Shown: positions 63,401 through 64,000 of the stretch, one piece after another | Position numbering within the stretch: the stretch's first letter is position 1 | How the letters are laid out: every line of letters starts with the position of its first letter | DNA from: Leptogorgia sarmentosa | Taxonomy: Eukaryota | Assembly: GCA_964658305.1 (NCBI GenBank) | Contig: OZ210885.1 | Span: 3,038,001 to 3,102,000 of the forward strand | Direction of reading: 5' to 3' | DNA length: 64,000 nt | Position numbers and translations under genes: made by a program | Notes under the pieces: model-generated | Seen by the model: only the letters and a program-made list of their open reading frames with translations | Told to the model about the DNA's origin: nothing | The model's database searches: none

Positions 63401-63591
63401 CAGGGGGGGGGGGGGGAGGAAAAGTAGTAAGTCTCAAAGGTTTGTAGGTTAGTAGATATGAGTGACTTTTGCTGTGTAATAAAACATACCAGTACATCCT
63501 GAGTTGCGATGGAGCTTAACTGGAAATATTCTAAAGCACGCTGTTGGATTTCTGCGTCACTGCTACGTAAATTACTGTTCTGTTGAAGAAT
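57459..63591 (-). CDS. AP2A: AP-2 complex subunit alpha (alpha-adaptin), 3' part: end of trunk, hinge and appendage; 5' exons outside window
   Basis: Exons 63591-63490, 62696-62356, 61663-61581, 60960-60871, 60718-60595, 60511-60395, 59617-59548, 59046-58912, 57536-57459. Diagnostic peptides [106 protein letters not shown]. Confidence 0.96.
59101..59428. repeat. Minisatellite, ~75-83-bp unit, 4 copies, in an AP2A intron
   Basis: aaaaggacattatttt...aattcaacctttgtcatcacaaataataatatac...tccattttaatt repeated at ~59101, 59176, 59254, 59337. Confidence 0.85.
60160..60343. mobile_element. MITE with CA..TG termini and 7-bp TSD (family copy 2)
   Basis: cccaaac|catagag...ctctgtg|cccatac; shares tcatccaatcagatgcacgcatc...taacttgccgagcatgcgcaca with 16596-16823. 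Confidence 0.7.
60719..60870 (-). other. U12-type (minor spliceosome) AT-AC intron in AP2A, 152 nt
   Basis: 5' end ATATCCTTTG; branch site TTCCTTAAC (60737-60729) close to a terminal AC. This splice keeps the frame (ELTD-K-LKIELKP). Confidence 0.92.
62790..62984. repeat. Inverted repeat pair (~21 bp), part of an intronic MITE
   Basis: ttagcttaaacggtggataag ... cttatccaccgtttaagctaa. Confidence 0.6.
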
Positions 63592-64000
63592 CTAGAAAAG
63601 ATAAGACAGTTGCAAAGATTTCATTGAACTGACAAGTGACAAGCTCGTTTCAGAGTTAGCATACAACAATCGTAATAAATATTGTAATTCCTTCACTCAT
63701 TTGAAACAATTATTTGTTGGCTAGAATCATTGAGCTGACGTACAGGGAGAAAATGATGCTTGCAAAGAGACTTCACTCTTTTGCTGCCTAATGACTAAGA
63801 CTTATCGTTCTAAAGAGCGCCTCATAGAGTTAGTCTGTGATAGAAGTCACTGGCTAGAACACCACAGTAACATGCATATCAACATATCGGCTGTCTGATA
63901 CAAACACTTTCCCGCAATTGTCAGAAAATGGGGACATAAGCAGCGACATTTCTCACAACTTTTGCATCCCTGAAAATAATGACCTCACAAAATCTTTCCA

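Overview
AT-rich, intron-containing animal genomic DNA; the repeat landscape and gene content suggest an invertebrate, possibly a cnidarian (inference only). Gene models were built by hand from splice sites and reading-frame phase. (1) Two tandem paralogous secreted proteins share signal peptide + YWTD beta-propeller + EGF but end in different domains: VWA in copy A (4060-8056) and pentraxin in copy B (13575-20206). The pentraxin exons of B are bracketed by an inverted pair of ~510-bp repeats. (2) Myotrophin (minus, 22556-26594). (3) A gene with an uninterrupted CDS (29719-30678) carrying a 2OG-Fe(II) oxygenase-like HxE...H...R signature that resembles uncharacterised phage/microbial proteins. 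(4) GRIP-domain golgin GCC1/GCC88 (32391-56217), whose ~15-kb intron 8 holds five antisense single-exon rhodopsin-family GPCRs with variable extracellular loops and a homogenised intracellular core. (5) The 3' half of AP-2 alpha-adaptin (minus, 57459-63591, continuing off-window), containing a U12-type AT-AC intron. There are many MITEs, tRNA-derived SINE-like pieces and mini/microsatellites. No CRISPR array or rRNA was seen, and no clearly intact tRNA gene.
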